Counted from the stretch's first letter, positions 18,132 through 29,430 are shown. The stretch: 64,000 bases of DNA from Calditrichia bacterium (GCA_963777955.1 CAVZSQ010000021.1:32001-96000), one strand, 5' to 3'. Translations and numbers: made by a program. The notes: generated from the sequence alone by a model not told the origin.

Positions 18132-20675
18132 TCCAGCCACTTGATCAGCCGGGTTTCGTATTGATTGAACAGATCCGGGTGGCTGGGCATTACCCGGCAG
18201 TTGAAATTATATGCTCCATCCGGTGCTGCAGACACATGAGCCCGGTATTCTAATTTGCCATCGGCAACTTCTGCAACCAGACCCATGGGAATCACTTTCA
18301 GATCCTTTTGCAGATGATAGGTATCATGCCGTTGCAGAATAACCTCCACCCGCAGGTCTTCCGGCAGCAAACCTCCGGAGGTCACATGCAGGATCAGATC
18401 CCGGGTCTCCCCGGCCGATAAAATTCTACGGTCGACATCCATCGAGGGTCCGTTTTTAACATTCAACCGGACATTTTTCCATAAACGCTGGATGCGGTTT
18501 TTCCACTTGCTGAACTGATGCAGTTCTTTATATTCCTCTTCCGAATATTTCTCCGCCCGTTTGATGGAAGGCAGATAAAACTGCTGCAGATAGTTCCAGA
18601 CCATGCGGTGAGCACTGAACCGGGTTATGGTTGAATGCAGGGAATGTTTGACCTTGAGCAGCCATTCCTGCGGAACTCCCCTTGGCGTCGCGGGTATAAT
18701 AAAGTGGGATAACCTCTTTTTCCAGAATTTCGTACAGGGAATTACTGTCATCAATATCCTGCTGCTCATGATCTTCATAAGGATGCGTCTGACCGATGGC
18801 CCAGCCATTCTCGTTATTGAAGCCCTCGGCCCACCAGCCGTCCAGGATACTGATATTTACGCCGCCGTTGATCGGCACTTTTTGTCCGGAAGTACCGCTG
18901 GCTTCCATCGGGCGGCGGGGCGTATTAAGCCAGATATCGACACCGGAGATCAGGGCCCGGGCATTATTCATATTGTAGTCTTCAATGAAGACCACTTTGC
19001 CGCGGAATCCCTCTTCCCTGGATATTTCATTGATACGGCGGATCAGATCTTTACCGGCATCATTAGCCGGGTGGGCTTTGCCGGCAAAAATAATCTGTAC
19101 CGGTCCATCCGGATTATTCAATATCTTCTTAACCCGTTCCAGATCTTTAAAAAACAACAGGGCTCTTTTATAGGGAGCGAAACGACGGGCGAAACCGATG
19201 GTCAGTATTTCCGGACTGAGGACATCTTTTGCTGCAGGATATCCTCCATAGTCCTCGCCGTAACGTTCAATGCGCTGGCTGTAATTTTTCCTCAGCAGGG
19301 TGATCATTTCCTGCTTCAGCCGTTTCTTAACCTGCCAGATTGCCTCATTGGGTACTTCAAAAATTTTATCCCAGAAATTTTGATCACGGATCTTGGTCCT
19401 CCAGACCGGCTCCAGATGCTGATCAAATAAGTGGACCATTTCGCGGTGCAGCCAGGTAAAAGTATGCACGCCATTGGTTACATAACCAATGGGCACCTCG
19501 GAGATCGGTATCCCCGGCCAGACTTTTTGCCACATTTCCTGTGAAACTTCACCGTGTAACTTGCTGACACCGTTGGCCTGGTTGGAAAGGTTCAGGGCCA
19601 GGATAGTCAGAGAAAAATTTTCATGTTTATGGATATTGGTATTACGACCCAGATCGAAAAATTTCTCATGGGAAATTTCCAGTTCCGGCCACATATTGGT
19701 AAAATATTTATCGATCATATCAAATTCGAATTCTTCATTGCCGGCCGGTACGGGAGTATGAGTGGTAAATATCGTGGTGGCCCGCACATATTCCTGGGCT
19801 GTTTTAAAATCCATACCTTCATTCATCAATTCATACAACCGTTCCAGGCACATGAAAGCAGAATGCCCTTCGTTGATATGGAAGATGGATGGATTAAGAC
19901 CCATTTTCCGTATCGCCCGTAAACCGCCGATACCGAGAATTATTTCCTGGCGGATACGGGTGTCGCGGCTGCCGCCATACAGAATATGAATGATGTTTTT
20001 ATCTTCATCGCTGTTCTGGTCTACCGTAGTATCCAGATAATAAACCGAAGCCCGGCCGACTTTCACTTCCCAGATCTTCACATACACAACATGATCGAGC
20101 AACGGCACAGCTACCAGCACCGGGTTGCTGTATTCGTCCTTGACCAGTTGCATTGGTAACTTTTCGGGATCAAGTATATTGAATGTTTCGGATTGATTGC
20201 CGTGTTCATCGATTTGCTGCTGGAAATAGGCATGCTTGTACATCAGGCCGATACCGAAGATCGGTATGCCCAGATCGCTGCAGGATTTGATATGATCGCC
20301 GGCCAGAATGCCCAGGCCTCCGGCATAATTGGGCAGACATTCATGGATGCCATATTCCGCCGAGAAATAAGCAATAGAGTGATCGGCGAGACGGGGAAAA
20401 TTTTTTGCAAAAGCCGTCTCCTTGGCGGTCATATAGGTGTGATAACGATCCCAGATACTTTCCAGTTTCTCGATAAAAGCGGGATTAGCGGCAACCTTCT
20501 GTAATTTTACAGAATCAACCCTGGAGAGAAATTCAACAGGATTATGTCCGCTGCGCCGCCAGGCACGCTCATCGATCTCTTTGTACAGATCGCGTACATC
20601 GGGATTCCAGCTGAACCAGAGATTGTAAGCCAGGTCGATCAATTTAGGCGGTAGTTTTGGCAACTTGCTTTCCAT
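18128..20675 (-). CDS. glgP: Alpha-glucan (glycogen/maltodextrin) phosphorylase (apparent frameshift at ~18680)
   Basis: LAYNLWFSW, YFSAEYG, GGLGILAGDH, HINEGH, GFARRFAPYKR, EASGTSGQK (PLP Lys); C-terminus continues in 18128-18808. Confidence 0.93.
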
Positions 20676-20833
20676 ACTTTTTCAATTTTCCTGCGTTAGA
20701 CTATTGATGCTCCGCTTAAAAAATATTTGATAATATAATAACTGGTTTAATTCATAAAAAACACTTTTGTCACTTTTCTCTTCCGGTCGATCAGCATTTC
20801 AAGTTTTAAATATCTTCATCGCTGCTCGCCCGA

Positions 20834-21568
20834 TCAACCTATACTCCGTCCTCCATCAACCGCTAAAACCGTACCGGTAATATAATCAGATCCTTCAATT
20901 AAAAAGCGCACTGCCAGGGCTACATCCTCCGGACGCCCGGCGCGTTTCAGTAAAGTCCTGCGCAGACTCTGTTCTTTTTCGGACTCGGAGTAATGGTCCG
21001 GAAACATGACCGGTCCGGGATTCACACAATTTACCTGTACCTGCGGAGCCAGGGCTTTGGCCAGGCCCCTGGTCATGGCGATGATCCCGCTTTTAGTCAA
21101 TCCATAAGGAATAAACGACGGCCAGGGATTATTACCGCAGGCATCACCGATATTGACAATCTTGCCCCAGCCTTGTTTGTGCATATGCCGGCCGGCCTGC
21201 TGGGCACAGAAAAAAGCGGCTTTCAGGTTCAGATTAAACAGACGATCCCATTGTTCTTCAGTTACCGTTCCCAGCGGCGTCTTATAGAATAACGCGGCAT
21301 TATTGATCAGCACATCCAGTCTTCCCGATTTAACCATAATTTCATTTACTAATTTATCTATATTGGGAATGTGGCTCAAATCACTTTGCAGCAGGTAAAT
21401 TTTGCCGCCGCTTTTCTCGATCTTTCTTTTTAACGATCTGGCCGGCGCGGCGCTTTGATTATAATGGCAGAAAATAACCGCCCCGGCCTTAGCCAACTCA
21501 AGACAAATTGACCGGCCCACCCGTACAGCACCACCGGTGACCAGGACTACTTTATTTTTCAGATTCAT
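20834..21568 (-). CDS. SDR family oxidoreductase (pteridine reductase/FolM-like)
   Basis: TGGAVRVG, NNAALF, YGLTK, LAKALAP..VNCVNPG. Confidence 0.85.
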   Translation of the reverse strand: MNLKNKVVLVTGGAVRVGRSICLELAKAGAVIFCHYNQSAAPARSLKRKIEKSGGKIYLLQSDLSHIPNIDKLVNEIMVKSGRLDVLINNAALFYKTPLGTVTEEQWDRLFNLNLKAAFFCAQQAGRHMHKQGWGKIVNIGDACGNNPWPSFIPYGLTKSGIIAMTRGLAKALAPQVQVNCVNPGPVMFPDHYSESEKEQSLRRTLLKRAGRPEDVALAVRFLIEGSDYITGTVLAVDGGRSIG

Positions 21569-21647
21569 AACGTTCTCTTCAAAATTATATTTATTTAATT
21601 TTTCTACATGAAGACATGTTAATCGCAGGCACTGTACAACGTGCAAT

Positions 21648-21674
21648 TGTCATTCCGAGCGTAGCGAGGAATCT
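21648..21674. repeat. REP-like element TGTCATTCCGAGCGTAGCGAGGAATCT
   Basis: GTC-tagged imperfect hairpin (ATTCC...GGAAT), intergenic. Confidence 0.65.
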
Positions 21675-21702
21675 AAGACCTTCCATATGAAGAGTGATAC
21701 CT

Positions 21703-22340
21703 TTAATATGATCCTCCCAAGGAAGTTAAAAACGGATTATATTTCCGTTCATGCCCGATCGTGGTCGCGGGACCATGTCCGGAATATACTTTGGTATCAT
21801 CATTCAGACTTAATAATTTATCGGTTATGGATCCTATTAATTGTTCATAATCACCGCCGTACAAATCGGTTCGACCGATTGAATCCCGGAATAATGTATC
21901 ACCTACAAAGACATGCTTGCCGAATAACAGGGAAATTCCACCCGGGGAATGACCGGGGGTGTATAACACCGTTCCGTTAAGTCGACCCACCTGCAGGGTA
22001 TCGCCATCCTGCAGATAAGAAGTTACCACGGGAATTTCTTTAACTGCTATTCCGAATAATTCTCCCTGCTGGCGCAATGAATCTAATAGAGGTGATTCCT
22101 GTTTATGAATATAAAACGGAATTTTGAAATGTTTTTGTATATCTCCGGCTTCGGCGCTATGATCAATATGACAATGCGTATTTACAATATATAACAACTG
22201 CACTGTTCTCTGCTGATTTTTTCGATCAGTTGTCCGCTTTCGGCACCAGGATCGATTATAATCGCCTCACGGGTATCTCCATCCGCCAGCAGGTAACAAT
22301 TCATGGCAAAAGGACCGACTGTGATTGTAGTGATGCGCAG
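21703..22340 (-). CDS. MBL fold metallo-hydrolase (glyoxalase II/YcbL-like); apparent frameshift at ~22205, start codon uncertain
   Basis: LRITTITVGPFAMNCYLL...IIIDPG in one frame, then THCHIDH, TPGHSPG, GDTLF, IGRTDL, SGHG. Confidence 0.85.
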
Positions 22341-22500
22341 CGGATATTCTGTATTCTTATTGCTGACAGGTATTATCAGAAACAGTGTCCCTTCTCTGTT
22401 AAAATAGGATTATAGTTTCTTCAGGACTCTAATAGAATAGGAGTGCTTATAAGAGGTTAACGCATAAAATCGTTTAAAAAATTCAACTCATGTAATCCGT

Positions 22501-22535
22501 TGACTAATTACCAGTTACTAATTACAAATTACCGA
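22501..22535. repeat. 5 x 7-bp degenerate tandem repeat (TTACNAN)
   Basis: tgactaa ttaccag ttactaa ttacaaa ttaccga, just downstream of the PhzF-family gene. Confidence 0.6.
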
Positions 22536-22552
22536 TCGGATTATTATTTAAC

Positions 22553-23332
22553 TTATATATTAATAACCCCCTCTGAATACAAAACTGCCCGGCCGGCGAT
22601 AATAACTCTTTTGCCCAGATCTTCACAGAAAATTTCACCTCCACGGTTAGAAACCTGCCTGGCCTGCATCGTTTTTTTGTTCAGTCTTTTAGACCAGTAC
22701 GGGATCAGTGTACAATGAGCCGAGCCGGTAACCGGGTCTTCAGGTATACCCATAGCCGGGGCAAAAAACCGGGATACAAAATCAACTTCTTTTCCGGGTG
22801 CGGTTACAATAACTGCCAGACGATCCAATTCCTTAATAAGCGCCAGGTAGGGTTTCAGCTCGCGTACTTCATCTTCAGACTTGTATACCACCAGATAATA
22901 GTTCGAGGCTAAGACCTCCTGCGGCTGATAATCAAGCGCCTTGATTAATTCCGCCGGTGTTTTACTGGGCAGGGGAGGATGCGCAGGGAAATTCATGGCG
23001 TATAAATCATTGTTCTTTTTCACGATTAATTCCCCGGAGCGGGTGCCGAAGGTGACTTCCGTCACGCCGGGATCAACTTGATTCATCAGTACAAAAGCAC
23101 TGGCCAGAGTGGCATGCCCGCAGATTTCCACTTCCATCTGGGGGGTAAACCATCTCAACTGGTAATAGCCGCCGCGATTGACAATAAAAGCAGTTTCAGA
23201 AAGATTATTCTCGGCAGCAATGGATTGCAACTGGCCGTCATCAAGCCAGTAATCCAGGGGACAAACTGCCGCCGGGTTACCTGAAAAAATCCTGCTGGAA
23301 AAAGCATCGACTATAAAAATGGGAATTTTCAT
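22553..23332 (-). CDS. PhzF family isomerase/epimerase (YddE-like)
   Basis: VDAFS...GNPAAV, NLSETAF, RWFTP..EVEICGHATLA, EDPVTGSAH. Confidence 0.93.
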   Translation of the reverse strand: MKIPIFIVDAFSSRIFSGNPAAVCPLDYWLDDGQLQSIAAENNLSETAFIVNRGGYYQLRWFTPQMEVEICGHATLASAFVLMNQVDPGVTEVTFGTRSGELIVKKNNDLYAMNFPAHPPLPSKTPAELIKALDYQPQEVLASNYYLVVYKSEDEVRELKPYLALIKELDRLAVIVTAPGKEVDFVSRFFAPAMGIPEDPVTGSAHCTLIPYWSKRLNKKTMQARQVSNRGGEIFCEDLGKRVIIAGRAVLYSEGVINI

Positions 23333-23637
23333 ATCCGTTTACCTGCCTTTTTATTCAGAATCTCCGCGATAATCCAGATTCCCCCTCATTTTTAATCTAT
23401 TAAAATCGTAAAAAAGTACTTAAATTTCAATTTATATATTCAAATTTATAAAAATTTATTAATAAATATAAACTATATTTGCTGACAATTCGAATTGCCA
23501 TGAAATATTTAATATATTTGCTTAACTCAATGCTGGAATTGGACCGGCTGTTCTGCTGTTCCATTCTGCAGCTGATTACTAAATAAATCGGATTAATGCA
23601 GTTGATTTCGGATAAAACATTGGACCGCAAAGCGGAT

Positions 23638-25512
23638 ATGACTCCGCTGACAGATTCTGAAAGTAATTTAAAATTATATTTACGTATACTCGCTTATCTG
23701 CGGCCTTATAGCCGGCAGATTATTCTGATCTTTTTATGTAACTTTTTCTTCGTCATTTTTGAAACACTATCCATCTGGATGGTGGCCCCTTTTGTCAGCA
23801 CCCTGTTCAAAGCAGACCAGCCGGCAGTTGAACAGACCGTCGCTCAGCCTGTACAAGCAGACAAAGAAACCAGGCTTTTCAATTTAAATCAATGGTTGAA
23901 AGAGCGTACCGAAAAGTATTTCCGCCGCAGCGACCGGATCGAAACTTTAAAATTGCTTTGTATTTTTATTTTCCTGGCTTTCTTGCTCAAGAACAGTTTC
24001 GCCTTCAGCGAAGCCTGGCTGGTCAGTTTTATCGAGCAGGGGGTAATCAAAGATCTGCGTGATCAGATCTATCGCCACGTATTATTTCAACCGCTGAGTT
24101 TTTTCAGCCAGTATCAGATCGGCAATTTAATTTCACGCGTCACCAATGATGTGAATGCCCTCAATGTGGCGGTCAATAAAAGTTTCACCAAAATAATCCG
24201 CGATCCCATCGTGGTAATTATTTTCCTGGTCATCCTGTTCAATATCAGCTGGCCCCTGACTCTGCTGGCCATGATCGTATTTCCGGTAACCGGTATCCTG
24301 ATTACCAAAGTGGGACAGAGTCTGAAACGCAAGAGCAAACGGGTCCAGGAACGCATTGCCGATATCACCACCGTACTGGAAGAAACCATCTCCGGGATCA
24401 AGATTGTTAAAGCTTTTTCCATGGAGAAATATGAATATGATAAATTTTTCGCCAAAACCTCCAGTCATTTCAAGGCCGTGTTGCGCCAGGTTCGCCTGAA
24501 CCGTTTATCAACGCCCCTGTCCGAAACACTGGGTATCGGCATCATGGTCTTTGTCTTATGGTTCGGAGGACAACTGGTCTTATCAGGAAAATTGATTTCC
24601 TCCGAAGATTTTATTCGTTTCATCGCCGTGCTCTTTTCGGTCATGGCGCCCATTAAAAGCCTGGGTGAACTCAACAATAATATTCAGATCGCGCTGGCCT
24701 CCAGTAAACGCGTCTTTAAGATAATCGATACCCCCAATACTATAACCGATAAACCCGATCCTGTAATCAAAACCACTTTTGACCGGGAGATCCGCTACGA
24801 AAATGTTAACTTCCATTATAGCGAAAAAGACAACCTGGTCCTGGCCAATATCGATCTGCAAATCCGGAAAAATCAGAAAGTCGCTTTCGTAGGCAGCAGC
24901 GGTGCCGGAAAAACAACGCTGGTAAATTTACTGCCCCGTTTCTATGACGTGCAGCAGGGTGCGATAAAAATCGACGGCATCGATATCCGTGATATTGGTC
25001 TGGCTAGTTTGCGAAAACTGATGGGGATAGTTACCCAGGATGTCATCCTGTTCAATGATACCGTGGCCAACAATATTGCCTACGGGATGAGCAATTATTC
25101 CCGTGAAGAAATTAATAAAGCTGCCACACTCGCCAACGCCGATGAATTCATCAAAGATCTGCCGGAAGGGTATGAAACCCTGATCGGAGAACGGGGTATG
25201 CGTCTCTCCGGAGGACAGCGGCAGCGTGTTTCCATTGCCCGGGCAATCCTGAAAAATCCTCCCATCCTGATTTTCGATGAAGCGACCTCCTCGCTGGATT
25301 CCGAATCCGAGCGTCTGATCCAGGAAGCGATAGATAACCTGATGCATGAGCGAACGGTCTTTTTAATTGCGCACCGGCTTTCCACAATTATAAAATCCGA
25401 TCAGATTATTGTCCTGGAAGACGGCCGGATTACCGACCAGGGCACCCATCAGGAATTATTACAACGCTCCGAACGGTATAAGCATTTGTATGAACTGCAA
25501 TTCGCCGTATGA
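23638..25512 (+). CDS. ABC transporter ATP-binding/permease protein (MsbA-like exporter)
   Basis: TMD plus NBD: GSSGAGKTT, LSGGQRQR, IFDEATSSLD, IAHRLST. Confidence 0.9.
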   Translation: MTPLTDSESNLKLYLRILAYLRPYSRQIILIFLCNFFFVIFETLSIWMVAPFVSTLFKADQPAVEQTVAQPVQADKETRLFNLNQWLKERTEKYFRRSDRIETLKLLCIFIFLAFLLKNSFAFSEAWLVSFIEQGVIKDLRDQIYRHVLFQPLSFFSQYQIGNLISRVTNDVNALNVAVNKSFTKIIRDPIVVIIFLVILFNISWPLTLLAMIVFPVTGILITKVGQSLKRKSKRVQERIADITTVLEETISGIKIVKAFSMEKYEYDKFFAKTSSHFKAVLRQVRLNRLSTPLSETLGIGIMVFVLWFGGQLVLSGKLISSEDFIRFIAVLFSVMAPIKSLGELNNNIQIALASSKRVFKIIDTPNTITDKPDPVIKTTFDREIRYENVNFHYSEKDNLVLANIDLQIRKNQKVAFVGSSGAGKTTLVNLLPRFYDVQQGAIKIDGIDIRDIGLASLRKLMGIVTQDVILFNDTVANNIAYGMSNYSREEINKAATLANADEFIKDLPEGYETLIGERGMRLSGGQRQRVSIARAILKNPPILIFDEATSSLDSESERLIQEAIDNLMHERTVFLIAHRLSTIIKSDQIIVLEDGRITDQGTHQELLQRSERYKHLYELQFAV

Positions 25513-26606
25513 ATTTCTTTTTTATCAACAGCATAGCACCTGCGGTCTGGGGCGGTGGTGAAAAATGGATGCTGACTACGGCTGGCGGTCTGCAACACAG
25601 GGGCCATCGTTGTTATTGCTGCGGTCAACCGGATTCACTTTTTCTGCAAAATTGCGCACAGGCAGGCTTAACTGTGCTGCCGCTGAAGATCCGCAGTGAT
25701 TTCAGCGTAAATAATATTCTCAGGCTGACCCGTTTCTTTAAACAACATCAAATCGGTATTATCATCGCCAATTTCAATAAAGATGTGCGCCTGGCCGGCA
25801 GCGCTAAAAAACTGGCCGGGATTCCGCTGCTGATCGCCCGCAACGGTCTGCCTATCCTGCCCAATAGCTGGATTTACCGCCGCACTTATAAAATGTTCGT
25901 CGATACCATCCTGACCAATACACAGGATATCAAGGACCGGTACCTGTCCTATGGCTGGTTAACTGATTCTTTTATCAGGGTTATTCACAACGGAATCGAT
26001 ATCGATCAGCAGATTGCCTTTGACCGCGCGGCAGTTCTGCGCAAGTACAATCTGCCTGAACAGCGGCCGATCATCGGCTTTTTTGGCCGGCTGGTCACCC
26101 AAAAACAACCTGATAAATTTCTGGAAATTGCCGTAGGGATTCTGCAGAGAATTCCACAGGCCAGGTTTATCCTGGCCGGGGATGGACCTCTGCGGCAGGA
26201 AATCCTGGCCCGGGCCGGCAAATTGCAGATAGCCCGGCAAATCCACCTGCTCGGTGCCCGGCGGGAGGTCATGGAATTATATTCCATCTGCGATCTGGTA
26301 CTGCTGACCTCCCGGAAGGAAGGCCTGCCCAATGTGGTTATGGAAGCCATGCTGGCGGCTAAACCGGTAGTTGCTTTTGCGGCAGGGGGTGTGAGAGAAT
26401 TAATCCCTACGCCGGCACAGGGTTGCGTGGTAGCTATTGATGATATTGAAACTGCCGCAGCCAAAGCAATCGAACTGCTTAATTCCAGTTCCCTGCGGCA
26501 GCAAACAGGAGAAACCGCCCGCCGGCACATCATCGATAACTTTTCTGTGGAAAAAATGATCAGCAGTGTCGAACAACTGTGCAGCGAATTATTTAAACGT
26601 TTATAA
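25509..26606 (+). CDS. Glycosyltransferase family 4 (GT-B fold)
   Basis: WGGGEKW, VIHNGID, GRLVTQK, SRKEGLPNVVMEAM. Confidence 0.9.
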   Translation: MNFFFINSIAPAVWGGGEKWMLTTAGGLQHRGHRCYCCGQPDSLFLQNCAQAGLTVLPLKIRSDFSVNNILRLTRFFKQHQIGIIIANFNKDVRLAGSAKKLAGIPLLIARNGLPILPNSWIYRRTYKMFVDTILTNTQDIKDRYLSYGWLTDSFIRVIHNGIDIDQQIAFDRAAVLRKYNLPEQRPIIGFFGRLVTQKQPDKFLEIAVGILQRIPQARFILAGDGPLRQEILARAGKLQIARQIHLLGARREVMELYSICDLVLLTSRKEGLPNVVMEAMLAAKPVVAFAAGGVRELIPTPAQGCVVAIDDIETAAAKAIELLNSSSLRQQTGETARRHIIDNFSVEKMISSVEQLCSELFKRL

Positions 26607-26608
26607 AT

Positions 26609-28538
26609 TTACTTGAGTACCACTATTTTCTTTACCTTGAACAGGCTCGGCACCGCGCAAGACACAAAAATAAGTACCCGCAGCCAGATTAATCTCCTTC
26701 CAGACGTACCGATGTAAACCGCCGGTTTGTTTTTCGTTCAGCAGGGTCGTTACTTTTTCTCCCAGTATGTTCCAGATCTCTATACTGCACTGCTGCACCC
26801 GATCGAGCTGGTACAGGATCGAAGCCTGATCCTGTATTGGATTAGGATAAATCGCCGCCAGCGCCGCTTGCCTGGCCTGGTAGTAGGCCGGCGTGTTGTT
26901 GGTTTGCAATACTTTTTTATCAGGATCCAGTATCACTGCCTGAACCTGACCGGCAAAGGGGAGCTGATATTCGGTATATGAATTATGACAGGTTACAGTA
27001 ATCAGGCTATCGCTCGAAAAACCTTGCAGGAGTATATCCAGGTTCAGGTCATAAACAAGGCCCGCTTGCATTTGCTGCAGGGTCAAGGCCACCATCTGCC
27101 GGTCCTGCTGCCAGGTAAGATAAAGATCAGGTATACCGCTATAATTCAACCATTGATCGAAAAAGGATTGCAGGGCAGTCTGGCTGGTCATCTCGCATAT
27201 TTGTATAAAGTCGGCAGTGGTCACATTATCATATTTATATTGCTGGAAATAATTCCGGCAAATAGTTCTGAACAAATCGTCACCTACTTTGAGCCGCAGC
27301 ATATGTAATATCCATGCTCCTTTAAAATATACTGACCGGCCGAATAAATACTGTGGCGGCGGATTATAAACCGGGTAAGCCAGAGATCCATCCTGAAAAA
27401 TAAGACCTTTATATTCATTCATGCGGTTTAGCAAAACACTTTCACCGGCGATGTATTCAGAATAGAGGACATCAAAATAACTGGCAAATCCTTCATTTAA
27501 CCAGATATCCGCAAAAGAAACCGGTGTCACAGCGTCTCCCCACCATTGGTGCGCCAGTTCATGGGCGACGACCGAAAGATTATCCATGGTTGCATCGCGC
27601 ATCGTTGTCACTGTCTGGTTTTCCATACCACTTGCTTCAGCAAAAGGAACTTCGACCATGGCGTATTTATCTTCACTGAAAGGATATAAACCGATATAAT
27701 CACTGTAAAAAGATAACATGGAGATTGTCTCGGTTAGCACTGCCAGACCGCGGGCGGTATCAGCCGGGTAGACATAATAATTAACCGGCATCACTGTAGT
27801 CCCGAAAGACCAGGATTGCTCTACATTCTGATAAGGTGCTGCCGCCACTGAGATGAGATAGGTGGCTATAGGATAGTTTTCTGCCCAGACAGTCCTTTGC
27901 CAGCCCGGAGCCTCAGCAGAAATTTCTATATTCCGTCCATTGCTGACTATTACGTAGGATGAAGGCATACAGACCGACATTAGCAGTGTCGCTTTATCGT
28001 TTGGATCATCATTGCAGGGAAACCAGAAGTGGGCATCAAATGGTTCGCTGTGTGAATAGATTACAGTATCCCCCGCAGAATTCTGACGCCGGTACAAACC
28101 GTAACGCGGTGTGCCCTGATAAAATATCTCGAAAGTCCCGGAATCTCCTGAAGCCAGGGTATTTAAAGGAGTAACTATTAACTCGGTACTGGTTATAGCA
28201 AAATTTACCGGCAGGCCGTTCTGGAATACCGAATCCACCGGCAGACCTTCCAGGTCAAAGATCAGGCGATCCAATGCTCCTGCGGGGAGAACCAGACGAA
28301 TAGTAACACTCCCCTGCAACAGGAAAGGATCTGGTTGAATGGTCAGATTTAGTGCATAACTGCGGACATCATACGGTTTTACGGAAACAGCATGACTGTG
28401 ATCCGGACTTAAGACAGGTACTTTTTCAGTATAACCGGAAAAGCCGGGCAACTGGGCCAGTGTTACCGGGACCAGAATCTGCAGCAACGGACCGGAAAAT
28501 ACAACAACTCTGAGAATCCGCCGTTTATATCTGTTCAT
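26609..28538 (-). CDS. M1 family aminopeptidase with a T9SS-type C-terminal sorting-like domain (likely one extra base at ~26636)
   Basis: SGMENQ and HELAHQWWG...WLNEGFASY zinc motif; C-terminal IYPNP...GTYF; removing one base gives the ending VKKIVVLK*. Confidence 0.88.
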
Positions 28539-28641
28539 AAATAAGAAGTGCTATTTCAATTTGTATTTAATATTATTTATTTTTACTTTAAAAATATGAA
28601 ATATTGTTCGATTATCAAATATATAAATCAAGGAGGACACC

Positions 28642-28956
28642 ATGGCCGGACGTAGTGGCACTTTTTTTAAAGGACTTTTACTTGGTGGAGCAATTGGTGC
28701 TGTAGTAGGTATGTTATTTGCCCCCAAAACCGGGCGTGAACTTCGCCAGGAAATCAGCGATGAAACGGACAATCTGGTCGATAAATTAAGAGCCGACCTG
28801 GAAAATGCCAAGGAGACATTCGAAGAAGGGAAGCAGAAGATTATGGAAAAATTGAATAAGGAAGCGATGGAGGAACCGCCTGCCGTCCAGGACGATGTCG
28901 ATGCTGCACAAGAACCGCCTGTTGAAACGCCTCGCAAAAGAACGACCCGTAAATAG
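28642..28956 (+). CDS. YtxH domain-containing protein
   Basis: FFKGLLLGGAIGAVVGMLFAPKTGRELR. Confidence 0.9.
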   Translation: MAGRSGTFFKGLLLGGAIGAVVGMLFAPKTGRELRQEISDETDNLVDKLRADLENAKETFEEGKQKIMEKLNKEAMEEPPAVQDDVDAAQEPPVETPRKRTTRK

Positions 28957-28992
28957 GTCTGTTAATTTCTATAATTCAGATTAGGAGTAATT

Positions 28993-29337
28993 ATGGTCTG
29001 GGAAATTGCGCTTGTTATTTTCCTGCTGGTACTGAGTATGCTCACTCTCTTGTCGATTCCTGTGGTATTGCAGTTGCGTTCCACTTTATCAAAAATTTCT
29101 AGCCTGGTCGAAGGTATAAATAAGAATCTGCCCAATATTCTCAATGATGTGAATAAGGTTACCAACCAGATTGCCAAAGCTGGTTGGCAGATTCAGAATG
29201 CTGTGGATGATATTGTCGATATCGAGCGCAGAATTTCCCATGGGATTAAACGGCCTGCTGCCGAAATGGCCTCCTCGCTCGGCGCCCTGATAAAACTGAT
29301 CCAAACAGTTTTATCCCTGTTCAGCAGAAAAAAATAA
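28993..29337 (+). CDS. DUF948/YoxC (YtxG-like) protein
   Basis: N-terminal TM helix followed by a coiled coil; adjacent to YtxH. Confidence 0.7.
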   Translation: MVWEIALVIFLLVLSMLTLLSIPVVLQLRSTLSKISSLVEGINKNLPNILNDVNKVTNQIAKAGWQIQNAVDDIVDIERRISHGIKRPAAEMASSLGALIKLIQTVLSLFSRKK

Positions 29338-29430
29338 GCTTCGTTTATCCTTTCCCCTATTGGCCGGCTGTGCTTTTTACCCTGATTAAGCAGGTCTACG
29401 ACCTATCCGGTTTTAGTCCCGAGAAAAATC

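Noticed and set aside
18627..19430. 267-aa antisense ORF over glgP (and similar antisense ORFs over valS, DUF4139, fadJ and others)
   Set aside because: Antisense shadows of codon-biased genes with no domain features
23333..23637. Very AT-rich stretch as a replication origin or foreign DNA
   Set aside because: No DnaA-box cluster or iterons seen; consistent with a divergent promoter region
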